Positions 1 to 9,494 of a stretch of DNA of 64,000 bases are shown here, piece by piece. The position numbers and the translations under genes were made by a program. The notes beneath the pieces are model-generated. The model made no database searches, was not told where the DNA came from, and saw only the letters and a list, made by a program, of their open reading frames with translations. Origin of the DNA: a plasmid. The stretch lies in the NCBI RefSeq assembly GCF_054482525.1, contig NZ_JBTHVG010000004.1. The stretch is one strand, 5' to 3'. Each line of letters opens with the position of its first letter. The first letter of the stretch is position 1.

Positions 1-1077
1 GTGTATAAATACACGGCACAATCGCTCCGCCATAAGCGACAGCTTGTGGCAGGTCTGAAGAATACTCCATATAACGCAGTACACTGGTGTCAGTTAGCAC
101 CCGAAGAGCAGATCCGTTTCTGGGAAGACTATGAAGCGGGAAGGGCGACCACTTTCCTGGTTGAACCGGAAAGGAAGCGCACGAAGCGTCGTCGTGGTGA
201 GCACTCCACCAAACCCAAATGCGAAAATCCGTCCTGGTATCGTCCTGAGCGCTATAAGGCGCTGAGCGGGCAGCTCGGGCACGCCTACAACCGTCTGGTG
301 AAAAAGGACCCGGTGACCGGCGAGCAGAGCCTGCGCATGCACATGTCTCTGCATCCTTTTTACGTGCAGAAACGAACGTATGCCGGTCGCAAATATGCTT
401 TCCGTCCGGAAAAACAACGCCTCCTCGATGCCGTCTGGCCGGTTCTGGTCAGCTTCAGTGATGCGGGCACACATACCGTAGGCATGAGTGTTTCCCGTCT
501 GGCCAGAGAAATCAGCCCGAAAGACAGCAAGGGGAAGGTTATTCCGGAACTGGAAGTGACGGTCTCCCGCCTTTCCCGTTTGCTGGCCGAACAGGTACGT
601 TTTGGTGTGCTGGGTGTTTCAGAGGAAACCCTGTGGGACCGTGAAACCCGCCAGCGTCTGCCACGTTACGTCTGGATAACACCGGCAGGCTGGCAGATGC
701 TGGGCGTCGACATGGTGAAACTTCACGAACAGCAGCAGAAGCGGTTGCGTGAAAGTGAAATCCGCCAGCAACTCATCCGGGAAGGCGTACTGCGTGAGGA
801 TGAAGATATCTCCGTACATGCGGCCAGAAAACGCTGGTATCTGCAGCGCAGCCAGGATGCACTGAAACACCGTCGTGCAAAAGCGGCAGCCAGTAAGCGC
901 GCCAGACGTCTGAAGAAACTGCCTGCCGACCAGCAGATTCATGAGATGGCAGAGTATCTCAGGAAGCGTCTGCCGCCGGATGAAGCCTATTTTTGTTCCG
1001 ATGACCATCTGAAGCGACTGGCCATCAGGGAGTTGCGTCAGCTTGAACTGACGCTGGCTGCGCCACCGCCGCACTAG
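1..1077 (+). CDS. repZ: Plasmid replication initiator (RepZ/RepA1-like, I-complex); ORF open to window edge, true start may lie upstream
   Basis: 358-codon ORF beginning at position 1 (GTG); basic initiator-like protein; followed by DnaA box and hairpin-rich origin-like region; fits IncI1 backbone order. Confidence 0.7.
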   Translation: MYKYTAQSLRHKRQLVAGLKNTPYNAVHWCQLAPEEQIRFWEDYEAGRATTFLVEPERKRTKRRRGEHSTKPKCENPSWYRPERYKALSGQLGHAYNRLVKKDPVTGEQSLRMHMSLHPFYVQKRTYAGRKYAFRPEKQRLLDAVWPVLVSFSDAGTHTVGMSVSRLAREISPKDSKGKVIPELEVTVSRLSRLLAEQVRFGVLGVSEETLWDRETRQRLPRYVWITPAGWQMLGVDMVKLHEQQQKRLRESEIRQQLIREGVLREDEDISVHAARKRWYLQRSQDALKHRRAKAAASKRARRLKKLPADQQIHEMAEYLRKRLPPDEAYFCSDDHLKRLAIRELRQLELTLAAPPPH

Positions 1078-1980
1078 ACAGCACCATTCCTTCAGCACTG
1101 AATCATCGCCAGCCCCTCCGGGGCTTTCGGCGCTGATTCCGCTCAGCCCAAAATCTGCAGTAATCACCTTAAATCCCCTCAGAGGGGCATATCTGCCCAT
1201 AAAACCACGTATCAGTCATCAGAACATGGCCACGTTGTTTCAGTTATCCACATAAATCCGCAAACAAAGAACTTTAAAAAGCTGCAAACCTGAAACAGCA
1301 AACCTGCAATATAGTCCTAACCCCATTATTTAATCCCCTGCGTTGCTTCGCCGCAGGGAAAGTCTTTATCTCTGAAACCACTGTGAACAAATACAAAGAG
1401 GCCTTCGCTTGCAGCGGCCAAGGCCTCGCCGCTCAGAATCTAAAAGCACCTCCCACGCTAACGCGCGGGCCCCGAACCTCACCGTTCTGAAACCACCGCG
1501 AAAACATCAGGAATAAAAAACACCACACAAACGCAGCACCGTGCCCACCCCTCATAACTGAAAAGCGAAGCCGCCCCCGCCCGAAGGGCGGGAACAACAT
1601 CGCTTTTAATTATGAATGTTGTAACTACATTGTCATCGCTGCCAGTCTTCTGGCTGGAAGTCCTCAGTACACGCTCGTAAGCGGCCCTGACGGCCCGCTA
1701 ACGCGGAGATACGCCCCGACTGCGGGTAAACCCTTGTCGGGACCACTCCGACCGCGCACAGAATCTATTTCATGGCTGAAAGCGGGTATGGCTTAGCAGG
1801 ATGGGGATGGGTAAGGTGAAATCTATCAATCAGTACCGGCTGACGCCGGGCTTCGGCGGTTTTGTTTCTGTGCCATATGTAACAACGGAGTGCCGCCTTA
1901 CATGCGCTGACGCGCATTATTTGCCTTGTTTCGTCTGAAAGTAATCACTATGATTAAATATGATTAACAGCTAATCGGAT
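1078..1980. other. Putative vegetative origin / CIS region downstream of rep gene
   Basis: non-coding about 900 bp with DnaA box, GC-rich hairpin cccgccc-gaa-gggcggg near 1576-1592 and short direct repeats gcaaacctg; origin sits downstream of rep in IncI1/IncFII-type replicons. Confidence 0.4.
1244..1252 (+). promoter_or_regulatory. DnaA box (TTATCCACA) in putative oriV
   Basis: perfect 9-mer ttatccaca about 170 bp downstream of rep stop. Confidence 0.5.
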
Positions 1981-2265
1981 ATGCAAATGAAAAACAATAC
2001 CGCACAGGCAACAAAAGTAATTACCGCGCATGTGCCATTACCTATGGCTGATAAAGTCGACCAGATGGCCGCCAGACTGGAACGCTCCCGGGGCTGGATT
2101 ATCAAACAGGCGCTTTCTGCATGGCTTGCCCAGGAGGAGGAGCGTAATCGCCTGACGCTGGAAGCCCTGGACGATGTGACATCCGGACAGGTTATCGACC
2201 ATCAGGCTGTACAGGCCTGGGCGGACAGCCTCAGTACTGACAATCCGTTACCGGTGCCACGCTGA
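1981..2265 (+). CDS. RHH (CopG/RelB/ParD-like) antitoxin
   Basis: 94 aa; stop overlaps start of downstream RelE/ParE-like ORF (shared position 2265); small acidic C-terminus. Confidence 0.65.
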   Translation: MQMKNNTAQATKVITAHVPLPMADKVDQMAARLERSRGWIIKQALSAWLAQEEERNRLTLEALDDVTSGQVIDHQAVQAWADSLSTDNPLPVPR

Positions 2266-2540
2266 TGGAACTGAAGTGGACCAGTAAGGCGCTTTCTGAT
2301 TTGGCGCGGTTATATGATTTTCTGGTGCTGGCCAGTAAACCTGCGGCCGCCAGAACGGTGCAGTCCCTGACACAGGCTCCGGTCATTCTGTTAACTCATC
2401 CACGTATGGGGGAACAGTTATTTCAGTTTGAACCCAGGGAGGTCAGACGGATTTTTGCTGGCGAGTACGAAATCCGTTACGAACTTACTGGCCAGACTAT
2501 TTATGTATTGCGCCTGTGGCACACACGAGAAAACAGGTAG
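2265..2540 (+). CDS. RelE/ParE-family toxin
   Basis: 91 aa; translationally coupled to upstream RHH gene; C-terminal ...YVLRLWHTRE typical of RelE/ParE fold proteins. Confidence 0.7.
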   Translation: MELKWTSKALSDLARLYDFLVLASKPAAARTVQSLTQAPVILLTHPRMGEQLFQFEPREVRRIFAGEYEIRYELTGQTIYVLRLWHTRENR

Positions 2541-2645
2541 ATTGTGTGTGGGGACAACTTAACATAGCCTGCAGATATTAATTCTGGAACATTATTATCA
2601 GGCCAGATATTTTGCATTCCATTAAATAATCTTGTAGGAGATAAA

Positions 2646-2927
2646 ATGAATTACGATGAAATAACGAAAATTACCGCTGAACGTATTAGCGACTACATGA
2701 CTGAAGCAGTTAATACAGACTCTATAGCCGTTGCGGAAATGTTTCATAACGCTGCATGGGGAGTGCGAACATTGTGGTTTGAACTCGTCACAAAAATAGA
2801 TATAGATATACATAAAAAGAACAGGTATGCGAGTTATGATCTTAGAAGGAAAATCGAAATGCAGCATGAAGAGTTTCAGAAAATGACAGAGCGCGAGCAA
2901 GTGCCTTTATTGAAATCGCCAGAATAA
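2646..2927 (+). CDS. Hypothetical protein (AT-rich island)
   Basis: 93 aa ORF preceded by SD-like aggagataaaATG; AT-rich. Confidence 0.4.
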   Translation: MNYDEITKITAERISDYMTEAVNTDSIAVAEMFHNAAWGVRTLWFELVTKIDIDIHKKNRYASYDLRRKIEMQHEEFQKMTEREQVPLLKSPE

Positions 2928-3118
2928 TAGAAACAGAACAAGTACATTGCTGTATTGTTTTTTCCTTGAATATTGAATCGCGGTGCCCATGTACTACGAT
3001 TCCTTTCGTGTCATTTATCATTGCACACTTTCCCTGACTGAGCGTAAAACACTGACTACTTTCCCCTCAAACTCCTGGACGGCGAATGCAAAATTGGTCT
3101 GTTCCAGCCTAGAATATG

Positions 3119-3388
3119 TTACTTTTTCATGACCGAACCCGAAATTTTGCGCGTCAACAAGAGACGTTGTGTAAACTCAGTCCTTTTATCTGGCAGGTTA
3201 ACCCCTATCAATCTTAGGATGAAACCACGCCATCCTCTGTTTGCCTTGTTATTAATTTCATAAAGACGATTGTTTTCCTCTCGTAGTTTTGTCCACTCTA
3301 AACAAAGTGTTATATAATCCAGTTCTGTGATGTGTTTCACTTTTCCATTGACAGTTACAGTGTTTATTCCATTTCCTGTGATCATCAT
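3119..3388 (-). CDS. Hypothetical small protein, translationally coupled to upstream membrane protein gene
   Basis: 89 aa; start overlaps stop of 3385..3918 ORF. Confidence 0.35.
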   Translation of the reverse strand: MMITGNGINTVTVNGKVKHITELDYITLCLEWTKLREENNRLYEINNKANRGWRGFILRLIGVNLPDKRTEFTQRLLLTRKISGSVMKK

Positions 3389-3918
3389 CTTATGCCTTTT
3401 TTATCTTCATTTGGGACCGTGCTTTTCTTCGGAGTATCATTATTCGTTAACTGCTGTTTATCAATAAAATTCCTGATGTTATCAAGTGCTTCCTTTGTTT
3501 TTAGAATGCGCTTGATATCCATTTCATCCCGCCCGGTCATTCTTTTTCCGGACAAAAGACGCTCAAGAAGCTCCTGTTTCGCATCAGGAGAATCTTTGGC
3601 GAGATCCATCAGGTTAAGCAAATCTTCACGATCGAGAGGAAAGAAGTATTTTACAAAATACTTGAAAAGCGAAAGAAAGTAGTATGCTGTCCATGCAATA
3701 CAGAAACCGATTCTGAGAAACTCATTGTCAACTATACAGAAATACAGGTATATAATCAGGAGAATAGGTAAAATCCATAATACTATAGCTAAAAAAATAT
3801 ATACGGGGATCAGGCGTCTGTATGCCCGTTCATGTTTATTTAGGATGAATAAAATCTTCTCCGCTTCTGAATCACACATAACATTCTCTTCCCATTTTTT
3901 CTGATACGTAATGTCCAC
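3385..3918 (-). CDS. Hypothetical membrane protein (two predicted TM helices, charged C-terminal domain)
   Basis: 177 aa; hydrophobic stretch LIPVYIFLAIVLWILPILLIIYLYFCIV followed by second hydrophobic segment. Confidence 0.45.
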   Translation of the reverse strand: MDITYQKKWEENVMCDSEAEKILFILNKHERAYRRLIPVYIFLAIVLWILPILLIIYLYFCIVDNEFLRIGFCIAWTAYYFLSLFKYFVKYFFPLDREDLLNLMDLAKDSPDAKQELLERLLSGKRMTGRDEMDIKRILKTKEALDNIRNFIDKQQLTNNDTPKKSTVPNEDKKGIR

Positions 3919-3934
3919 CTGTTATCAGGAGTGT

Positions 3935-4537
3935 TTATTGCCCAGAAATATTCTCCTGCTGTGCCTGCATCCTGAGCCACTTTTGTTCTAATGTCGCCAG
4001 TCTGCGACCGGCACTCTGTGCTTCAGAGTCTGAGACCTGCCCTTTGGGGTGACCATCCAGGCCATAACGTGGGACGCCGGCGACAGCTGTCCGCTGCAGA
4101 TATACGCGGCGGGATGTGATGCAGGACACTGCACAGAGCCATTCGTCCATGGTCAGTTCTGTCTCCGGGTGTTCTGCCAGAAATGCCGAAATATCATTGT
4201 TTATGCCAATTTTCAGGGGAATAAATCCACCACCTTCAGCACGAAGATGAGGAAACAGGGCCTTTATTTTTTCCACGCACTCGTGAGTATACTCACGGGT
4301 CCAGTGGGAGGGACGTGGAAAACGGTGTCTTTTCTTTTTCTTCTTCCTGGCTGGCGCTTCGGGGATATGTGTTTCGACGGCAGATGAATTTATTCCGGCG
4401 GGGGCTGATTCTGCCGTCTGTTCAGTAAATACAGGTGCGATAATATCTGTTTTTTCGGATAAGGACGGTGGCGAAAAAGTACGACGTTTTTTCACCACAA
4501 TGACGGGAGTTTTCCTTTCTTCCTGATATTTTCCCAT
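3935..4537 (-). CDS. finO: FinO/ProQ-family RNA chaperone-like protein
   Basis: 200 aa; Lys/Arg-rich N-terminal half and C-terminal region resembling FinO fold (..EWLCAVSCITSRRVYLQRTAVAGVPRYGLDG..). Confidence 0.6.
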   Translation of the reverse strand: MGKYQEERKTPVIVVKKRRTFSPPSLSEKTDIIAPVFTEQTAESAPAGINSSAVETHIPEAPARKKKKKRHRFPRPSHWTREYTHECVEKIKALFPHLRAEGGGFIPLKIGINNDISAFLAEHPETELTMDEWLCAVSCITSRRVYLQRTAVAGVPRYGLDGHPKGQVSDSEAQSAGRRLATLEQKWLRMQAQQENISGQ

Positions 4538-4712
4538 AAATACCTCGGCTATGTTGTTCTACTTCCTTATAATATCATAGTTCAAAATTTAATAAACTTT
4601 CTGTTATGTAATATCCCTTGATAATTTACGAAGATGACTCTGTACCCTGCTATGTGAATCAGGAACGTTTATAGCAGGATACAACGGATTGTTACTTACA
4701 CAGTAAGATTTA

Positions 4713-5765
4713 CTAAGGTTTGTTTTCTTCTTTTCTTATATTTATCTGGTAATCCTTATCAACAATGCCTGCTCTACTGTTTGCATTAATCATTGCTGGT
4801 CTGATCCATATTAGTTTGTTATTTTTCCTGCGAATATGTCCTCTGCGTAAGTGCATCCTTTTCGTCCCACCGGATTTTCCTGTTCCAGTATGATTACTTT
4901 GCACCTTAGTTTCAGACAGTTGCAATACTTTATAAGTATATGAAGGGCGCTTGTTTTTTTCAGGTGGCTGAACTTTACGACCATTTATGAATTTTCTTTC
5001 TGGTTTAGTGCTAAGTGTGACAGGACACACATTTTCGCAATTTAACACGCTACATGCCTGTATGAAAGCCTGTAGTTCATCGCGAGTATCCATAATAATT
5101 TGCGCATATAATCTTTCAATACTTCCCACCTGCTTTATCAAATCATCTTTAAATTCCATGCTTGTTATAAAAGGCTCTGCTTTGAAGTGTGCTGCATTAT
5201 ATTTGGCTACTCCATTCTCTTTTAATGTGTCGATTACAAGCCTGGATGCAGGCAATGTCCTGTCAGGTTCGTATTTAGTGAGTTTGTTGTTATATGGGAA
5301 AAACATTCCACCGACACCAAGAATCCATATTTTTAAATCATCAGACCATGAAACAGGAAGGATAAACACTCCGCCATCAATATAAGTGTTAAGGATTGAA
5401 TTACATCCCGGGATGGGTTCAAAACTCTGTCTGGCCTCCCAGCACAGGGCAATTCTTCTGGATGATGGTGATATATTAAAATCACCTATTTGGGTTTCTA
5501 CATTGTCTTTGAACCATGGTATTTCAAATGTTACAACTGGATATGGTAATCGTGCCAAATCGAAATGCGTCTGGCGGTATTCTTCTGGTTCAATAATATC
5601 GCAGCAGTTCGGTAAGATGAACTTAACACTACTGTCCAGCATATCAATGACCTGACGCATAATATATGATGTAAGAGGTGCATTTGACCTTAATCCTTTT
5701 TCCATGACAGACAGGTCTTTTATGGCTTCCTTAGTGTAATTTAGTGGAGTAATTGTATCTTTCAT
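4713..5765 (-). CDS. Hypothetical protein, AT-rich cargo; C-terminal basic motif shared with 39354..40445 product
   Basis: 350 aa; AT-rich relative to flanks; C-terminal TGKSGGTKRMHLRRGHIRRKNNKLIWIRP. Confidence 0.6.
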   Translation of the reverse strand: MKDTITPLNYTKEAIKDLSVMEKGLRSNAPLTSYIMRQVIDMLDSSVKFILPNCCDIIEPEEYRQTHFDLARLPYPVVTFEIPWFKDNVETQIGDFNISPSSRRIALCWEARQSFEPIPGCNSILNTYIDGGVFILPVSWSDDLKIWILGVGGMFFPYNNKLTKYEPDRTLPASRLVIDTLKENGVAKYNAAHFKAEPFITSMEFKDDLIKQVGSIERLYAQIIMDTRDELQAFIQACSVLNCENVCPVTLSTKPERKFINGRKVQPPEKNKRPSYTYKVLQLSETKVQSNHTGTGKSGGTKRMHLRRGHIRRKNNKLIWIRPAMINANSRAGIVDKDYQINIRKEENKP

Positions 5766-5977
5766 TACGTTTTCTCTGGATATCTGATTACTATACAGGT
5801 ACGGCTACTTACGTAGCTCTGCCACCAGAAATACTCAGCCAGTAGGTTCCTGGCTACGGCAGAAGATGTGTGGATTTAGCTCGTACACAGGAGGCTGTTA
5901 CAGGTATCCACGATACCTGAACTGACGATTATTCTTGGAAATAATCAGCCATCCGCGCCGCTTTACTCAGGCCCCCT

Positions 5978-6568
5978 TTACGGGACGCTACTTTCATTTA
6001 TCTGTACGCGAACCTCTATTCCTGCGTCATGACAGGCCTGCAGCCACTGCGCCACTTCCAGCGGATCGCCCTCCAGGCGTACCACCCTGCCTTCTTTATT
6101 CCATAACTGCAGACAGGTGCTGCCGTCGAGACGCACCACAAAATCCCCACGGCAGGCCTGATACGTTATGCCGTTCAGCTCCACCGCCAGATCAGTGGCA
6201 GAAGTGCCGTCTGCGGGCAGACCTGCTGCCGGGACCAGCGGCAGTACGACGACTTCTGCCGCACGCTGTTCTGCCCGGAGGCGGTCCTGTTCTGCCAGCA
6301 GCAGAGGCTGTGCCACGGCCCGGCCGGCGTCCGTCAGCTCCACTGCCAGCTGCAGGTTCGGAGCGCGCAGGGTACGCAGCCAGCCGGCATCCTCCAGACG
6401 ACGGCAGGAGGCGCGCAGGTTTGGCCCGTAGACCGGGGCTTCCCCGCTTCGCTCCAGCACCCGTTCTATGTCCCGCGTCAGCACGGGTCCCGGCCGTTTT
6501 TCATCAAGGGCAGCCAGCACAATCAGCACTCTCCGCTGCAGTGGCGACGGTCGGCGGCTCTGAGTCAT
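5978..6568 (-). CDS. Hypothetical protein with putative N-terminal winged-helix DNA-binding domain (GC-rich gene)
   Basis: 196 aa; start overlaps stop of 6568..6822 ORF; high GC; opposite-strand 255 aa ORF is Pro/Arg/Ala-rich and judged spurious. Confidence 0.5.
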   Translation of the reverse strand: MTQSRRPSPLQRRVLIVLAALDEKRPGPVLTRDIERVLERSGEAPVYGPNLRASCRRLEDAGWLRTLRAPNLQLAVELTDAGRAVAQPLLLAEQDRLRAEQRAAEVVVLPLVPAAGLPADGTSATDLAVELNGITYQACRGDFVVRLDGSTCLQLWNKEGRVVRLEGDPLEVAQWLQACHDAGIEVRVQINESSVP

Positions 6569-6822
6569 TAACTGTCACCCTCCGACCAGATGAGTTTTTT
6601 GAGGCGCTGATAATCGGTATCGATGCGTTCCCGGGCCTGTGCGTGATTGTTCTGTGGCGCACCATGAATGGCCAGTTCATACCACAACCACAGCAGAGCT
6701 GAGGCCCTCAGTTCATTGAGGCACCTGGCGCTCTGGCTGTCCAGCCCACATTCACGGATATTTTTTTCCGCTATTCGGGTCAACTGCTCATAGCTGAGTG
6801 AAAACACCCTTTCTTCATCCAT
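6568..6822 (-). CDS. Hypothetical small protein, first gene of a two-gene operon
   Basis: 84 aa; translationally coupled to downstream 196 aa gene; palindromic operator-like sequences just upstream. Confidence 0.45.
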   Translation of the reverse strand: MDEERVFSLSYEQLTRIAEKNIRECGLDSQSARCLNELRASALLWLWYELAIHGAPQNNHAQARERIDTDYQRLKKLIWSEGDS

Positions 6823-6865
6823 CCTGCATGCTCCATCTGATAATGTTCCGACAGCTAAAAATCAT

Positions 6866-6965
6866 ATCATGCATGATTTGTGTGCTCTTGATTTATGATA
6901 ATATCTGATATGGTTTTTTCATCAATGATGAAAATCATATCAGATATGATTTTATGTGTGTTTTT
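6866..6965. promoter_or_regulatory. Cluster of palindromes/inverted repeats (operator-like or recombination site)
   Basis: perfect palindrome atcatgcatgat; inverted repeats atatctgatat / atatcagatat; near-palindrome aaaatcatatcagatatgatttt. Confidence 0.4.
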
Positions 6966-7389
6966 TATTATCATATTATTTGCGTCTTTTCTGCCGCGCA
7001 GATCCGGTTTCCGGCGGTTACGGATCTCCCACTTCCCCCACACAACGCCACCTCCCGTCAGCACAACATGTGGTGCCTGATTCAGCTGCTGATGACACTA
7101 TATGTTGTGTCATCTCCCTGACCTGTGATGCGCCGCGCAGGGGCGGAAAACAGCGATATGATTATTTCCTCAGCGTGATACACTTCCGGAAAGTTGTGAT
7201 ATTCAGGAAAGTCGGATCTGACGGAAGCGGCTCTCCGGTAATTTAACGGCGTGGTTATATGGATGCTTGTTATCATGGTGATGATGATAACGGCATGATG
7301 TTATCAGACGGCGTGACGGTAAGGGCAGTGATGACGGATGACGTTATCGCATGACCGTCCCTGCCCGGAAAAGAAAAAAGGAGTCACCC

Positions 7390-7803
7390 ATGTTTTTTAT
7401 TGAGAATGAAGGTCAGGCTGTCGCCGGAACGGATTACTGGCAGTCTGTACAGGCGCAGGCCGGATATGTCTACCTCAGCTGGAATGCCGGCGCAGCCAGG
7501 CTGCTTGTCCCGGATGCGGCAAAACATTTACTCAGGGAGATGCGGGGGGCTGAGTACGTCATCATCAGTAAGGGAACGCTGGATGGCCGCGATGCGCTGG
7601 AACTGGTATTTGAAGACGGCAGCGATGCGCCGTTCGTGATCCACATGCTGAGTGAGCAGTGCGATCGCCTGCTCCCCGAAAACAACCAGGGCGGGGGTTT
7701 TGTTGTCACCGTCTGGACGCGTGGCGGTAACCAGCTCCGTTATCCGGGAAAGTACCGGGTTGTGGAAAAACTGCCCGACGTTTCCCCGTGGAGTGAACAC
7801 TGA
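7390..7803 (+). CDS. Hypothetical protein encoded immediately upstream of resD
   Basis: start chosen at Met14 of the track ORF, preceded by SD aaggag; stop lies 1 bp before the resD ATG. Confidence 0.5.
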   Translation: MFFIENEGQAVAGTDYWQSVQAQAGYVYLSWNAGAARLLVPDAAKHLLREMRGAEYVIISKGTLDGRDALELVFEDGSDAPFVIHMLSEQCDRLLPENNQGGGFVVTVWTRGGNQLRYPGKYRVVEKLPDVSPWSEH

Positions 7804-7804
7804 T

Positions 7805-8584
7805 ATGCAGCACCTGCCGGCACCGATCCACCATGCCCGGGATGCCGCTCAGCTTCCTGTTGCCATCGATTATCCGGCAGCGCTGGCACTCCGCCAGATG
7901 TCGATGGTTCATGATGAACTGCCAAAATACCTGCTGGCCCCTGAAGTGAGCGCCCTGCTCCATTACGTCCCGGATCTGCGCCGCAAGATGCTGCTGGCCA
8001 CACTGTGGAACACCGGTGCGCGCATTAATGAAGCACTGGCGCTGACGCGGGGGGATTTTTCGCTCACGCCTCCGTATCCGTTTGTGCAGCTGGCCACTCT
8101 GAAGCAGCGGACCGAAAAAGCCGCCAGGACGGCAGGAAGAATGCCCGCCGGTCAGCAGACTCACCGGCTGGTTCCGCTCTCCGACGCCTGGTACGTCAGC
8201 CAGCTGCAGACGATGGTGGCCACACTGAAAATCCCCATGGAACGGCGTAATAAACGAACAGGCAGGACAGAGAAAGCGCGGATCTGGGAAGTGACGGACA
8301 GAACGGTCAGGACCTGGATTGGGGAGGCGGTTGCCGCCGCTGCCGCTGATGGTGTGACGTTCTCTGTCCCGGTCACGCCACATACGTTCCGCCATTCCTA
8401 TGCGATGCATATGCTGTATGCCGGTATACCGCTGAAGGTCCTGCAGAGTCTGATGGGGCATAAGTCCATCAGCTCAACGGAGGTCTACACGAAGGTGTTT
8501 GCACTGGATGTGGCTGCACGGCACCGGGTGCAGTTTTCGATGCCTGAGTCCGATGCGGTGTCTATGCTCAAAAGAATTCCATAA
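7805..8584 (+). CDS. resD: Site-specific tyrosine recombinase ResD (plasmid multimer resolution)
   Basis: start at internal Met (MQHLPAP...) of the track ORF; near-identical over most of its length to the F-plasmid ResD sequence as I recall it; C-terminal ..HTFRHSYA..LMGH.S...YT tyrosine-recombinase motifs. Confidence 0.85.
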   Translation: MQHLPAPIHHARDAAQLPVAIDYPAALALRQMSMVHDELPKYLLAPEVSALLHYVPDLRRKMLLATLWNTGARINEALALTRGDFSLTPPYPFVQLATLKQRTEKAARTAGRMPAGQQTHRLVPLSDAWYVSQLQTMVATLKIPMERRNKRTGRTEKARIWEVTDRTVRTWIGEAVAAAAADGVTFSVPVTPHTFRHSYAMHMLYAGIPLKVLQSLMGHKSISSTEVYTKVFALDVAARHRVQFSMPESDAVSMLKRIP

Positions 8585-8595
8585 GCTCTGACTTT

Positions 8596-8745
8596 TTTAA
8601 ATCCCTTTCGGATATCTCATGGATATATTATCGGTATTTCATATTCTGTTGACATGCAGGACCGGTATAGAGTAAAAAAACATCTATTGAGTACCTCTTG
8701 GATATCCGAAAGGTGTCTTATGGGGGCTTTATGGGTATTACATGT
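8596..8745. repeat. Iterated GGATATC/GGTAT-like repeats upstream of parA (centromere/operator-like)
   Basis: ggatatctcatggatatattatcggtat ... ttggatatccgaaaggtgtc; same motif recurs at 9412-9490 and 9806-9905. Confidence 0.4.
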
Positions 8746-8763
8746 GGATTCTGGAGATACACT

Positions 8764-9408
8764 ATGCCTGTTATTGCTAATACGCATCCCAAAGGTGGTG
8801 TGGGTAAGACAACTTCATCCGTAAACATTGTTGGTGAAATGAAGTCTGATACAGTTGATCTGGATACTCATACCGGGCTTTCTATCATTCTGGGGCTGAG
8901 ACCTGAAGGAAAAGAAATTTCCGTGAAAGTACCCAAAACAGTGGATGAGTTAATCGAAATTATGACTCCCTACAAGAACAGCGATAAGACGTTACTTATT
9001 GACTGTGGGGGATTTGACTCAGATCTTACCCGTACTGCGATTGCCTTTGCAGACTGCGTTATTGTCCCTTCAAAAGACTCCCTGACTGAACGTATTGGTT
9101 TGATGCATTTTGATGGAGTACTGGACGAAATCAGCTCTATCATGGGGACCGATATAACTGCTCACCTGTATCTCTGTAAAGTTAATCCTAACAAGAAGAA
9201 ATTCCCTAAGCTTGATGCAATCCTGCCATCGTTCAAACATCTGAAGCTGATGAAGAGCCGCATTTCTGCTCGTGCAGAATTTGAGGATGTCATTGAGACT
9301 GGGATGGGAATCACTGAGTCTGTTCATGGGCGCTATTCGGCAGGAGGTAAGGAAGTTATTGCCCTGATCGAAGAAATCAATCATCTGATTGAAAATAACA
9401 AACAGTAA
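8764..9408 (+). CDS. ParA-family partition ATPase (small, type Ib-like)
   Basis: deviant Walker A KGGVGKTT at N-terminus; start at Met23 of the track ORF. Confidence 0.8.
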   Translation: MPVIANTHPKGGVGKTTSSVNIVGEMKSDTVDLDTHTGLSIILGLRPEGKEISVKVPKTVDELIEIMTPYKNSDKTLLIDCGGFDSDLTRTAIAFADCVIVPSKDSLTERIGLMHFDGVLDEISSIMGTDITAHLYLCKVNPNKKKFPKLDAILPSFKHLKLMKSRISARAEFEDVIETGMGITESVHGRYSAGGKEVIALIEEINHLIENNKQ

Positions 9409-9411
9409 GGT

Positions 9412-9490
9412 GTGTCTATTGGGTATCCATATAGTATCCTTTGGGCTTTTAATGGATATCTTTTAAGTATCTAACAAACATCCTGGGTTA
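9412..9490. repeat. GGGTATCC/GGATATC repeat cluster between parA and partner gene
   Basis: gggtatccatatagtatcc ... atggatatcttttaagtatct. Confidence 0.35.
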
Positions 9491-9494
9491 TCTC

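Noticed and set aside
94-1200. Minus-strand ORFs (126 and 193 aa) overlapping the rep gene
   Set aside because: Antisense to the replication initiator ORF; no supporting signals.
5935-6702. 255 aa plus-strand ORF overlapping the GC-rich operon
   Set aside because: Product is extremely Pro/Arg/Ala-rich, typical of an antisense frame in GC-rich DNA; the minus-strand genes have normal composition and translational coupling.
7706-8461. 251 aa minus-strand ORF inside resD
   Set aside because: Antisense to the resD gene, which is confidently identified.
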